From positions 1 to 48,540 of the forward strand of contig JAGVAW010000034.1 in NCBI GenBank assembly GCA_020060085.1: 48,540 nt of DNA, written 5' to 3'. How positions within the stretch are numbered: the stretch's first letter is position 1; each line of letters opens with the position of its first letter. A model generated the notes under the pieces. That model was not told the DNA's origin. It saw nothing but the letters and a program-made list of their open reading frames with translations, and did no database searches. Shown here piece by piece: positions 25,154 to 34,023 of the stretch. The stretch is from Desulfobacterales bacterium (GTDB taxonomy: Bacteria > Desulfobacterota > Desulfobacteria > Desulfobacterales > Desulfatibacillaceae). The position numbers were made by a program, and so were the translations under genes.

Positions 25154-25396
25154 TTGGGAAGACAGGCAAAACAAATTCTGGATTTGAGGCGTTACATCCC
25201 GCCCCTTTCCCTGCTCAAGCTCACCGAAACCTTTCGGCACATGCGCTCCAATGGGGTTCTGGAAATCATGGGTCAGGACCCGGACACCTGGACGGATCTG
25301 TTCAAGGTGCTTCCATCAGGCTCCTACGAGCTTGTGGGCGTACAGGGAAAAATTGAAAACGGGGACGGCTACAAGGTGACAATAAGGAAAAAGTAA
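25154..25396 (+). CDS. TusA/SirA-fold small protein lacking the catalytic Cys (first gene of operon B)
   Basis: Translation ILDLRRYIPPLSLLKLTETF...VLEIMGQDPDTWTDLFKVLP is a paralog of 19764..20009. The start is a TTG, 6 nt after GGAGG. Confidence 0.6.
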   Translation: MGRQAKQILDLRRYIPPLSLLKLTETFRHMRSNGVLEIMGQDPDTWTDLFKVLPSGSYELVGVQGKIENGDGYKVTIRKK

Positions 25397-25416
25397 TCCT
25401 TTTCAGGAGGTTATAT

Positions 25417-28400
25417 ATGTCCATCCGTATAGGCTGCTATGTCTGCCATTGCGGCATCAACATCGCCCACAAGGTAAGGGTTGCCGAGGTGGCTCAATAC
25501 GCACTTGGCCTTGAAGGCGTTGTGGTGGCAAGGGACTACAAGTTCATGTGCTCTGATCCGGGCCAGGAGATGATCGAAAAAGACATCCGTGAATTTGGTT
25601 TGAACAGGGTGGTGGTTGCCTCCTGCTCGCCCAGGCTGCACGAAAAAACCTTTCGAGGGGCCTGCGAGAGGGGCGGCATAAACCCCTATCTTTTTCAGAT
25701 GGCATCTGTGCGGGAGCAGGTTTCGTGGGTGACGGCAGACGAAAACGAAGCCACCAGCAAGGCCAAGCACCTTGTTAACGCTGCTGTGCGCCGGGTGGGG
25801 CAGCACCGGGAACTGGACAAGCGCGAGGTTGTTGTTCACCCGGATGTACTTGTGGTGGGCGGCGGAATTGCCGGAATGCAGGCGGCATTGGACATAGGGG
25901 CCTCCGGCCACAAGGCCTACCTTGTGGAAAAAAGCACAACCATCGGCGGCCACATGCTTCAGTTCGACAAAACCTTTCCAACCCTGGACTGCGCTGCCTG
26001 CATAGGCACCCCCAAAATGGTGGATGTGGCCCAGAACTCCTGCATTGAGCTTCTTTCGTACAGTCAGGTGGAGGAGGTCAGCGGCTACATCGGCAACTAC
26101 ACGGTCAAAGTCCGCCGGAATCCCCGCTTCATCAAGGAAGGCATATGCACAGGATGCGGTGAATGCACCAAGGTCTGTCCGGTCATACGGCCAAGCGAAT
26201 GGGACGAGAATCTTGCAACCCGCAAGGCCATTTACCGCTCCTTCCCCCAGGCCGTGCCCATAACCTACTGCATAGAAAAAAAGGATCGCGCCCCCTGTGT
26301 CAGCGCCTGCCCGGCAGGAATCAATGTCCAGGGCTATGTTCAGCTTATAGGCCAGGGAAAATACCGCGAAGCAATAGAGCTTATACGCCAGAGGATGCCT
26401 CTGCCGGGGATTCTGGGCCGGGTCTGCCCTCATCCCTGCGAGGAAAAATGCCGCCGCAGCGAGCTTGATTCGCCTGTGGCAATCCGCGACCTCAAACGCT
26501 TTGCCGCTGATCAGGTGGACATTAAATCCCTGCCCCGGCCTTTAATTTCCGAGCGGCCCGAAAAGGTGGCCATCATAGGTTCAGGCCCAGGCGGGCTTTC
26601 GGCTGCTTATTTTCTGCGGCTTGCAGGTTTTTCTGTAAGCATTTTTGAAAAGCTCTCCGTGCTTGGCGGAATGTTAAGGGTTGGCATTCCAGATTATCGC
26701 CTGCCAGCGTGCGTTCTGGATAAAGAGATAGAGGCCATTCTGGATCTGGGCGTGAAAGTTGAGACAAACAAGGCTCTGGGAAAAGATTACTCCTTAAAGG
26801 AGCTTGAAGAAAAAGGCTTTGCCGCGGTTCTTCTGGCAATAGGCGCCCACGGGGGTGCGGATATGGAAATCCCCGGAGAAAAGGATTGTGAAAATGTCAT
26901 CAATGCCGTGGATTTTTTGCGTGAGATAAACCTTGGTTCCCGCAAAAAGCCCGGCGATAGGGTCGCAATAATAGGCGGCGGCAATGTGGCCATTGATGCG
27001 GCCCGCATGGCCAAAAGGCTTGGCTGCAAAGAGGTGACTGTTGTTTACCGCCGCACCCGCGAGCAGATGCCTGCTTATAAAGATGAAATTGAAGGTGCCC
27101 TGGCCGAGGGCGTTAAAATGCTCTTTCTCTGCGCACCCTTACAGGTGGAAGGTGCAGGGGGGCGCGCCACGGGGCTGAAATGCCAGCGCACGGAGCTTGG
27201 CCTGCCGGACAAAAGCGGGCGCAGAAGCCCCCAGCCTGTAGAAGGCTCGGAATTTGTAATTGAGTGCGATGCAATAATTCCGGCAATCGGCCAGAAAATG
27301 GATGCCCCCTGGGCAGGGGGCGACAGCAGCCTTGCAGTTAACAGGCGTGGCTACTTTGAGGCAGACCCCAATACCATGCAGACAGGCAACGACTTTGTGT
27401 TTGCCTGCGGAGATGCGGTAACAGGCCCGGCCACGGTTATTGAAGCTGTTGCAGGGGGCCGCCGGGCAGCCCTTGCCATTGCCGATTATTTGAACAGGGG
27501 CAAAAGGGCCTCCCTTGCCGGGCAGGAGGAACAAAAAGCAGAAAAAGAGCCGGAATGGGCGGCCATTCCTCCTGGCCTTGCCCCCCAAAAGCGCGCCCAG
27601 GCCGAGCACCTTGACCCAAAAACCCGGATTTTGGGCTTTGACGAGGTTGAAGCAGCCTTTGGTGAGGATGCGGCAAGGGCAGAGGCGTCCCGTTGCCTTA
27701 ACTGCGGCGTATGTTCCGAGTGCATGGAATGCGTAAAGGTCTGCGAGGCTAAGGCCATTGATCACTCCATGAAACCGGAAATCCGCGAAATCAAGGTGGG
27801 CAGCATAATTCTGGCAACAGGCTACGATCTTTTTGACCCATCGGTTTTAAAGCCTTTGGGTTATGGCGTTTATCCTAATGTTTTCACAAGCCTGGAGTTC
27901 GAACGCCTCTCCAATGCCACAGGCCCAACAGGCGGGGAGATTTTGATTCGCGACCAAAACGGGCAACTGACCAAAAAACCCAAAAGCGTTGCAATATGCC
28001 ATTGCGTGGGCAGCCGGGATGTGAACCACCACGAATACTGCTCACGGGTGTGCTGTATGTATGCGCTCAAATACGGACACCTCATAAAAGAAAAGGTGGG
28101 GCACAACACGCAGATATATGACTTTTTTATTGATATGCGCTGCTTTGGCAAGGGCTACGAGGAGTTTTTCCGGCGCTGTCAGGAAGAGGGCAGCCAGTTT
28201 ATAAGGGGCAAGGTGGCCCAGGTTACAGACAGGGCAAAAACTCCCGAAGAAGAAGGAAAGCTAATAGCCATAGCAGAGGACACCCTGCTTGGCCGGCGCG
28301 TGCGCGTGCCTGTGGACATGGTCATCCTTTGCCCTGCAATGGAGGCCCGCAAAGATGCACCTGCTGTTGGGCGGATTTTCGGGGTAAACCAGGGCGCGGA

Positions 28401-28827
28401 CGGCTTTTTTCTGGAAGAGCATCCCAAGCTTGGGCCGCTCAACACGGCAACGGACGGCGTTTTTCTGGCCGGTGCCTGCCAGTCTCCCAAAGACATTCCC
28501 GACACTGTGGCCCAGGCCTCCGGCGCGGCGGCCAAGGCCCTTTCCCTTGCAACAAAGGGCAGGGTTCCGGTTCCTTCGGCCATTTCGTGGATTGACCCGG
28601 ATATGTGCGCGGGCTGCAAAACCTGCATAGGCCTTTGTCCTTACGGCGCAATCGAGTTTGACGAGTTTGCCCAGGTTTCGGTGGTAAACGAGGCGGTATG
28701 CAAGGGCTGCGGAAGCTGTTCGGGCTTCTGCCCCTCCGGTGCAGCCCAGGTGAAGCACTTCAACAAAAAGCAGGTCTTTGCAGAGTTCGAGGGCATGATG
28801 GAAGGCCTGTGTGCAACCAAAAACTGA
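25417..28827 (+). CDS. HdrA-like flavoprotein fused with a GltD-type NAD(P)H-binding module (HdrL-like, 1136 aa)
   Basis: HdrA N-domain IGCYVCHCGINIA, FAD fold VLVVGGGIAGMQAALDIGASGH, and ferredoxin motif CTGCGECTKVCP. It is then GltD-like (CVSACPAGINVQGY...GRVCPHPCEEKCRR, KVAIIGSGPGGLSAAYFL, VAIIGGGNVAIDAAR). It returns to HdrA-like CHCVGSR...CSRVCC, followed by CAGCKTCIGLCP and CKGCGSCSGFCP. Confidence 0.85.
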   Translation: MSIRIGCYVCHCGINIAHKVRVAEVAQYALGLEGVVVARDYKFMCSDPGQEMIEKDIREFGLNRVVVASCSPRLHEKTFRGACERGGINPYLFQMASVREQVSWVTADENEATSKAKHLVNAAVRRVGQHRELDKREVVVHPDVLVVGGGIAGMQAALDIGASGHKAYLVEKSTTIGGHMLQFDKTFPTLDCAACIGTPKMVDVAQNSCIELLSYSQVEEVSGYIGNYTVKVRRNPRFIKEGICTGCGECTKVCPVIRPSEWDENLATRKAIYRSFPQAVPITYCIEKKDRAPCVSACPAGINVQGYVQLIGQGKYREAIELIRQRMPLPGILGRVCPHPCEEKCRRSELDSPVAIRDLKRFAADQVDIKSLPRPLISERPEKVAIIGSGPGGLSAAYFLRLAGFSVSIFEKLSVLGGMLRVGIPDYRLPACVLDKEIEAILDLGVKVETNKALGKDYSLKELEEKGFAAVLLAIGAHGGADMEIPGEKDCENVINAVDFLREINLGSRKKPGDRVAIIGGGNVAIDAARMAKRLGCKEVTVVYRRTREQMPAYKDEIEGALAEGVKMLFLCAPLQVEGAGGRATGLKCQRTELGLPDKSGRRSPQPVEGSEFVIECDAIIPAIGQKMDAPWAGGDSSLAVNRRGYFEADPNTMQTGNDFVFACGDAVTGPATVIEAVAGGRRAALAIADYLNRGKRASLAGQEEQKAEKEPEWAAIPPGLAPQKRAQAEHLDPKTRILGFDEVEAAFGEDAARAEASRCLNCGVCSECMECVKVCEAKAIDHSMKPEIREIKVGSIILATGYDLFDPSVLKPLGYGVYPNVFTSLEFERLSNATGPTGGEILIRDQNGQLTKKPKSVAICHCVGSRDVNHHEYCSRVCCMYALKYGHLIKEKVGHNTQIYDFFIDMRCFGKGYEEFFRRCQEEGSQFIRGKVAQVTDRAKTPEEEGKLIAIAEDTLLGRRVRVPVDMVILCPAMEARKDAPAVGRIFGVNQGADGFFLEEHPKLGPLNTATDGVFLAGACQSPKDIPDTVAQASGAAAKALSLATKGRVPVPSAISWIDPDMCAGCKTCIGLCPYGAIEFDEFAQVSVVNEAVCKGCGSCSGFCPSGAAQVKHFNKKQVFAEFEGMMEGLCATKN

Positions 28828-28846
28828 CAAGAAAAGGAAACCCTTT

Positions 28847-29290
28847 ATGGAAAGCCAACAGGAAAACAGGCAGGATTTTGAGCCTTTCATAGTCGCCTTT
28901 GTCTGCAACTGGTGCACCTATACAGCAGCAGACCTGGCCGGAACAAGCAGGCTGCAAATTCCAAAGAATGTTCACTTAATCCGGGTAATGTGCACAGGCA
29001 TGGTGGACAGCCAGTACATAATAAAGGCACTTCTGGAAGGCGCGGACGGCGTGCTTGTGAGCGGCTGCCACCCCGGCGACTGCCATTACATAAACGGCAA
29101 TTTTAAGGCAAGGCGCCGTATGAAGCTTTTACAGGCAATGCTCGCAACAATGGGCATAGAGCCGCAAAGGCTGCGCCTTACCTGGATAGGGGCAAGTGAC
29201 GGAATACAGTTTGCCAAAACCATGCGCGAGCTTGTGGAGCAGGTGCGCCAGCTTGGCCCCAACCCCGGCGCTGCCCGCTCTGTTGCATAA
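28847..29290 (+). CDS. mvhD: MvhD/FlpD-like [2Fe-2S] protein (second copy)
   Basis: Translation EPFIVAFVCNWCTYTAADLAGTSRLQIPKNVHLIRVMCTGMVD...GADGVLVSGCHPGDCHY. The ATG at 28847 is preceded by AAAGGAAA. Confidence 0.85.
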   Translation: MESQQENRQDFEPFIVAFVCNWCTYTAADLAGTSRLQIPKNVHLIRVMCTGMVDSQYIIKALLEGADGVLVSGCHPGDCHYINGNFKARRRMKLLQAMLATMGIEPQRLRLTWIGASDGIQFAKTMRELVEQVRQLGPNPGAARSVA

Positions 29291-29341
29291 GGGAGCAGCA
29301 AGATCCTTATTGAGCAAAAAAATAAACACCCGGAGGACAAA

Positions 29342-30499
29342 ATGGCCCAAACCGCAACAATAGATGCGCCGAATAAGGATATTTCGCTGGGTATAAAAAA
29401 CTTCCTCGGCCAGCTTTTAAAATCCGGCCTTGCAGAAGCTGTGCTGCTTCCTTTGCGCCAGCCCGGATCAACAACCGTGATGCCCGGCCTTGTAACAGAC
29501 CCGGATGCCCTGGAGCAGGCAGACCTTTTGGCCCCTGTTGCTCCTTTGTCCGCAGCCCGCATGGCTGCAAGGCTCACCCGCAGGTCAACTGGCAAACCTG
29601 TGGCTGCGGTGCTGCGCCCCTGCGAGGTCCGGGCCTTTATCGAGCTTGTAAAGTTCAACCAGGCAAAAGCGGAGGACATTCTTCTTATAAGTGCGGACTG
29701 CGCTGGCGTTATGTCCAACAAGGATTACGGCACCTTTGCCGCAGCAGAGGCAAGCCCTCCCGGAGAGCGGTTCTGGAAGGCTGCGGGCAGGGGAGACGCA
29801 ACGCAGGTGGACGGCTTTTCCCTGGCCTCGGCCTGCAAGGTCTGCGAACAGCCATTCTCTTCAAGCGCTGACATAAGCCTTGGTATTCTGGGCGCAGATG
29901 GTTCTGTTGGCATTCCAGCAACTGCCAACACGCAAAAGGGCGAAGATGCCCTCAAAAAGCTTGGCCTTGACCAATCTCCACCAAATAAGGCTCACCAGAA
30001 AGTCCTTTCAATGCTTGTTGAAAGGCGCAGCCAGGCAAAACAGGCGCTGTTTGCCACAATGGAAGAAAAGGTCAACAGCCTTGGAGCTTTGAATAAATAT
30101 TTTGAAAACTGCGTCAACTGCTACAACTGCCGGGTAGCCTGCCCCATCTGCTATTGCAGGGAATGCGTTTTTTTAACCGATGCCTTTGATCATGATCCAC
30201 CCCTTTACCTTAATTGGGCTTTTAGGAACAAGGCAATCAAAATGCCTACAGACACGGCCTTTTTCCACCTCACGCGGCTTGCCCACATGAGCACTTCCTG
30301 TGTTGGCTGCGGCCAGTGCACAAACGCCTGCCCAAACGACATTCCTGTGGCAGACCTTTTCATCAGGGTATCTGCTGCAACCCAAAAGGCCTTTGAATAC
30401 CAGCCGGGGCAAAGCCTGGAGGAAAAGCCGCCCCTGGCGGTTTTTGAGGCTGACGAGTTTGGAGAGGCTGTGGGCATAAAAAGCAAGGCTGCATCCTGA
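29342..30499 (+). CDS. FrhB/FdhB-like Fe-S (flavo)protein with 2x[4Fe-4S] motifs
   Basis: Cys motifs CVNCYNCRVACPICYC and CVGCGQCTNACP. The N-terminal part (VAAVLRPCEVRAFIELVK...LLISADCAG) resembles the F420-hydrogenase beta family. The family call is tentative. Confidence 0.5.
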   Translation: MAQTATIDAPNKDISLGIKNFLGQLLKSGLAEAVLLPLRQPGSTTVMPGLVTDPDALEQADLLAPVAPLSAARMAARLTRRSTGKPVAAVLRPCEVRAFIELVKFNQAKAEDILLISADCAGVMSNKDYGTFAAAEASPPGERFWKAAGRGDATQVDGFSLASACKVCEQPFSSSADISLGILGADGSVGIPATANTQKGEDALKKLGLDQSPPNKAHQKVLSMLVERRSQAKQALFATMEEKVNSLGALNKYFENCVNCYNCRVACPICYCRECVFLTDAFDHDPPLYLNWAFRNKAIKMPTDTAFFHLTRLAHMSTSCVGCGQCTNACPNDIPVADLFIRVSAATQKAFEYQPGQSLEEKPPLAVFEADEFGEAVGIKSKAAS

Positions 30500-30556
30500 C
30501 GCCCTTGAAGGAATTTATCGGGCGGCCAAAGGCGCATTAAAACAAGGAAGGCTTTT

Positions 30557-33500
30557 ATGTCATTGACAGAGCAGAAAATAGGCAGGGCACTTGTGGTTGG
30601 GGCAGGGGTGGGCGGAATCCGCGCAGCCCTGGACTTGGCCCAGAGCGGATACAGGGTGACCCTCATTGAAAAGGAAGCCCACACAGGCGGCATTCTTGCC
30701 AAGCTGGACAGGCAGTTTCCAACAGACCGCTGCGGCATGTGCAAGATGCTGCCGACAATAAAAAGGGATGCTGTGTCCCAGCATTGCCTTCGCAGGGGCC
30801 TTTTCCACGAGAACATTGAAATAATTACCGGAGCCAGCCTGCTTGCCCTGGAAGGAACTCCGGGAAATTTTTCGGCCCGCATTCAGGAAAACCCCCGATG
30901 GGTGGATGCAGACCTATGCACAGGCTGCGGCCTTTGCGAGCAGGTTTGCCCTGTGGAAATAAAAAACCCCTTCAACCAGCACATGGGGCTTTGCAAGGCC
31001 ATTCATCTGCCCACCCCGCACTCAATTCCCAACTCCTATGTAATTGACACAACAGCCTGCACCCGCTGCGGAGAATGCGAAAAGGTCTGCCCCACAGGGG
31101 CCATCCGCATAAGCTGGCAGGACAGGGAGAGATTTCGCGTTCTGGTGGTGGATGATGAGCTTATTGTCCGAAGCTCCCTTGAAGCCTGGCTTTCAAAAGA
31201 GGCCGGTTTCAGCGCAGATACTGCCGGCTCCGGCGAGGAGGCCCTGGAACTTCTCGGCACAAACAGCTACCAGGTGATGTTTCTGGACATAAAGATGCCA
31301 GGCATGGACGGTATGGAGGTTCTGGAAAAGGCAAAGGGAATCTCCCCGGACACCGCTGTTGTAATGATGACAGCCTATGCCACGGTGGAAACCGCTGTGG
31401 AGGCCATGAAAATAGGGGCACTGGACTATCTGGTAAAGCCCTTTGATGCGGAATCGGTTCTGCCCAAAGTCAATTCCATTTACGAAGCCCTGCAGCTTTC
31501 CACAGCCCGCAAACTGGATGTGGGGGCCGTGGTTTTGTGCGGCGGAGTGAGCTATTTCGACCCTTCCACCGGCAAAGACACTTTTTGCTATGGCGCTTCC
31601 AAAAATGTGGTCACAAGCCTTGAGTTCGAGCGGATGTTAAGCTCGTGCGGCCCCTTTGAAGGCAAGCTGCTGCGGCCCGATAACTTAAAGCCCGTGCAGA
31701 AAGTGGCCTTTATCCAGTGTGTCGGGTCCCGCGATATTGGCCTGAATGCCGATTTCTGCTCAAGCGCCTGCTGCGCCTTTGCAGTAAAGGAGGCAAGGCT
31801 TGCCGTGGAGCAGTCCAACAGCCAGGTGGAGGCCGCCATTTTTTACATGGATATGCGCGCCTACCAAAAGCCCCTTGAAAGCTATTGCCAGGATGCCCGC
31901 GAGCAGTACGGCGTGCGCTTTGTAAAAAGCCGGGTGCATTCGGTTATTGCGGATAAAGACAACAACTGCATTTTGCGCTATCCATCTCCCCAGGACGGCT
32001 CCATGCAGGAGGAGAGCTTTGACATGGTGGTTCTGGCTGTGGGCCAGCGCCCGGCAAAGGCCAGCCGCGAGCTTGCAGACATGCTTGAGCTGCCTGTAAA
32101 CGAATTTGGCTTTATAAAAACCCTGCCCTTTTCCTGCTGCGAGACAGAAAAACCCGGAATCTTTGCTGGCGGCTCCTTTACGGGCTTGAAGGATATAAAC
32201 GAATCCCTCATCTGCGCGGGTGCGGCAGCCCAAGGGGCATCCCTTGCGCTTCATGGAGCAGGCGGAAGCCTTGCCCCTGTTGCAAAGGCAATTAGGCCCG
32301 ACCCGGAGCTTCTGCGCGCGCTTCCGTCAGTTTTTATTGCTCTTTGCACCTGCAACAACAAACTTGGCAGGGTTGAAGATGAAAAGGCCCTTGCCGATAA
32401 ACTCAAATATCAGCCCTGCGTAAAAAAGGTGCATGCCTTTGAGAGGCTTTGCACAAGCAGCGGGTTTGATGAGCTTGTTGAAGCTGTAAAAAAATCCGGG
32501 GCAAACCGGCTGCTGGTGGGCACCTGCCTGCCCCATCTGCACGAAAGCCGCATAATTGAGCTTGCCCGCACCCTTAAGGTGGATCGGGCCTGCGTGGAAG
32601 TGACAGATATCTTTGCGCCAGCAAACAGGGATGGGCAGCAAGGCGAACCCAAAGGCCTTTCCGGCTCATCAGAGGTTTTGAGCATCCTGCTTTCAGGCAT
32701 TGCCCGGCTTAAAAGGGTCAGGCCCCATCCCCTGCCGACAATTCCGGTCACTCAACAGGCGCTGATAATCGGCGGGGGAATTGCAGGAATAACAGCCGCC
32801 CTTGCAATTGCAGACCAGGGCTTTGAGGTGGAGCTTGTGGAAAAGGGCCAAAGGCTCGGCGGCAACCTCTCTTGGATAAAGCGCACCATAGAAGGCCTTG
32901 AAACCGCCCCCCTGCTGGAAGAAACCCTTGGCAGGCTGGAAAAGCATCCGCTTATAACCCTGCACACCCAGGCAGGTGTTTTGGCCACAACAGGGAGTAT
33001 AGGCTCCTTTGAAAGCCGCGTGGCAACCAATAACGGCGAGCACACAATTGCCCACGGAGTCTGCATTCTGGCCACCGGAGCCGATGAAGCGCCTGTGAAG
33101 GGCTTTGGCTATGGCCTTGCCGAATCGGTGATGACCCAAAAGGAGTGGGAAAGCGCTCTTGAAAAGAACAGCCAGGAGGCTTCAAACCTGGAATCAATTG
33201 TTTTCATCCAATGCGCCGGGTGCCGCAGTGAAGAAAGAAACTACTGTGCGCGGGTCTGCTGCGCCACCACCCTTAAGCAGGCCCTTTATATAAAAGTGCA
33301 AAACCCCTCTTCCGCCGTTTTCGTTCTTTATCGGGACATGATGGCCTACGGCCAGATGGAGTCCTATTACACCCAGGCCCGGAGAATGGGCGTGATTTTT
33401 ATCCCCTATAAGAAAGACTGCCCACCGTCCGTGGAAAAAAAGGATGAAGGCCTTTTTGTTACCGCCTTTGACCCGATTCTGCAAAAGGATCTCTGCATAA

Positions 33501-33994
33501 GCGCAGACAGGGTGATTTTGGCCGCAGGCCTTGCACCAGAACTGCCGGAAGACCTTGCAGCAGGCCTGGGAATACAAATTGACGAGCATGGATTCTTTAA
33601 GGAAGCCCAATTCAAGTGGCAGCCCGTGGAATCGGCCACCAGCGGCTTTTTTGCCTGCGGAGCAGTGCTTGGTCCAAGAAACATAAGCGAGTCAATAGCT
33701 TCGGCCAAAGCTGCGGCGTCAAGGGCGCTTGCCCTTCTTACAAAGGAGAGCATTACCGGGGGCCGGATAAGCGCCTCTGTGCGGCCAAGCCTTTGCAGCC
33801 TGTGCGAGCGCTGCATTGAGGCCTGCCCCTATGGCGCGCGGACATTGGATACAGAGAATGAAAAAATCCTGGTCAACCCGGCCCTGTGCCAGGGCTGCGG
33901 CTCTTGTGTGACGGCCTGCCCCAATGGAGCCTCGGTGCTGGAGGGTTTTTTAAGGGAGCAGATGCTCGAAACCATTGATGCGGCCTTTGCCTGA
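30557..33994 (+). CDS. Tandem HdrA-like flavoprotein with an inserted CheY-type receiver domain (1145 aa)
   Basis: It is collinear with 14308..17358 (ALVVGAGVGGIRAALDLAQSGY, CTGCGLCEQVCP, CTRCGECEKVCP, QCVGSRD...CSSACC, ALIIGGGIAGITAALAIADQGF, QCAGCRS...CARVCC, CSLCERCIEACP, CQGCGSCVTACP). It also carries a REC block at residues 193..312. Confidence 0.85.
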   Translation: MSLTEQKIGRALVVGAGVGGIRAALDLAQSGYRVTLIEKEAHTGGILAKLDRQFPTDRCGMCKMLPTIKRDAVSQHCLRRGLFHENIEIITGASLLALEGTPGNFSARIQENPRWVDADLCTGCGLCEQVCPVEIKNPFNQHMGLCKAIHLPTPHSIPNSYVIDTTACTRCGECEKVCPTGAIRISWQDRERFRVLVVDDELIVRSSLEAWLSKEAGFSADTAGSGEEALELLGTNSYQVMFLDIKMPGMDGMEVLEKAKGISPDTAVVMMTAYATVETAVEAMKIGALDYLVKPFDAESVLPKVNSIYEALQLSTARKLDVGAVVLCGGVSYFDPSTGKDTFCYGASKNVVTSLEFERMLSSCGPFEGKLLRPDNLKPVQKVAFIQCVGSRDIGLNADFCSSACCAFAVKEARLAVEQSNSQVEAAIFYMDMRAYQKPLESYCQDAREQYGVRFVKSRVHSVIADKDNNCILRYPSPQDGSMQEESFDMVVLAVGQRPAKASRELADMLELPVNEFGFIKTLPFSCCETEKPGIFAGGSFTGLKDINESLICAGAAAQGASLALHGAGGSLAPVAKAIRPDPELLRALPSVFIALCTCNNKLGRVEDEKALADKLKYQPCVKKVHAFERLCTSSGFDELVEAVKKSGANRLLVGTCLPHLHESRIIELARTLKVDRACVEVTDIFAPANRDGQQGEPKGLSGSSEVLSILLSGIARLKRVRPHPLPTIPVTQQALIIGGGIAGITAALAIADQGFEVELVEKGQRLGGNLSWIKRTIEGLETAPLLEETLGRLEKHPLITLHTQAGVLATTGSIGSFESRVATNNGEHTIAHGVCILATGADEAPVKGFGYGLAESVMTQKEWESALEKNSQEASNLESIVFIQCAGCRSEERNYCARVCCATTLKQALYIKVQNPSSAVFVLYRDMMAYGQMESYYTQARRMGVIFIPYKKDCPPSVEKKDEGLFVTAFDPILQKDLCISADRVILAAGLAPELPEDLAAGLGIQIDEHGFFKEAQFKWQPVESATSGFFACGAVLGPRNISESIASAKAAASRALALLTKESITGGRISASVRPSLCSLCERCIEACPYGARTLDTENEKILVNPALCQGCGSCVTACPNGASVLEGFLREQMLETIDAAFA
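31133..31492 (+). other. REC (phospho-acceptor receiver) domain embedded in the HdrA-like ORF
   Basis: Translation FRVLVVDDELIVRSSLEAWL...YQVMFLDIKMPGMDGMEVLEK...AVVMMTAYATVETAVEAMKIGALDYLVKPF. All canonical REC residues are present: D199, D200, D244, T272 and K294. Confidence 0.85.
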
Positions 33995-34023
33995 ATTTTT
34001 GCTGCCGGAAAAGGAAGCCATAA

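Noticed and set aside
25411-26433. A 340-aa ORF on the minus strand, antisense to the 5' part of the HdrL-like gene.
   Set aside because: It lies entirely within a gene that has strong family motifs on the other strand. Its translation is low-complexity (Ala/Gly/His-rich) with no recognisable motif or RBS. This is typical of a shadow ORF in GC-rich coding DNA.
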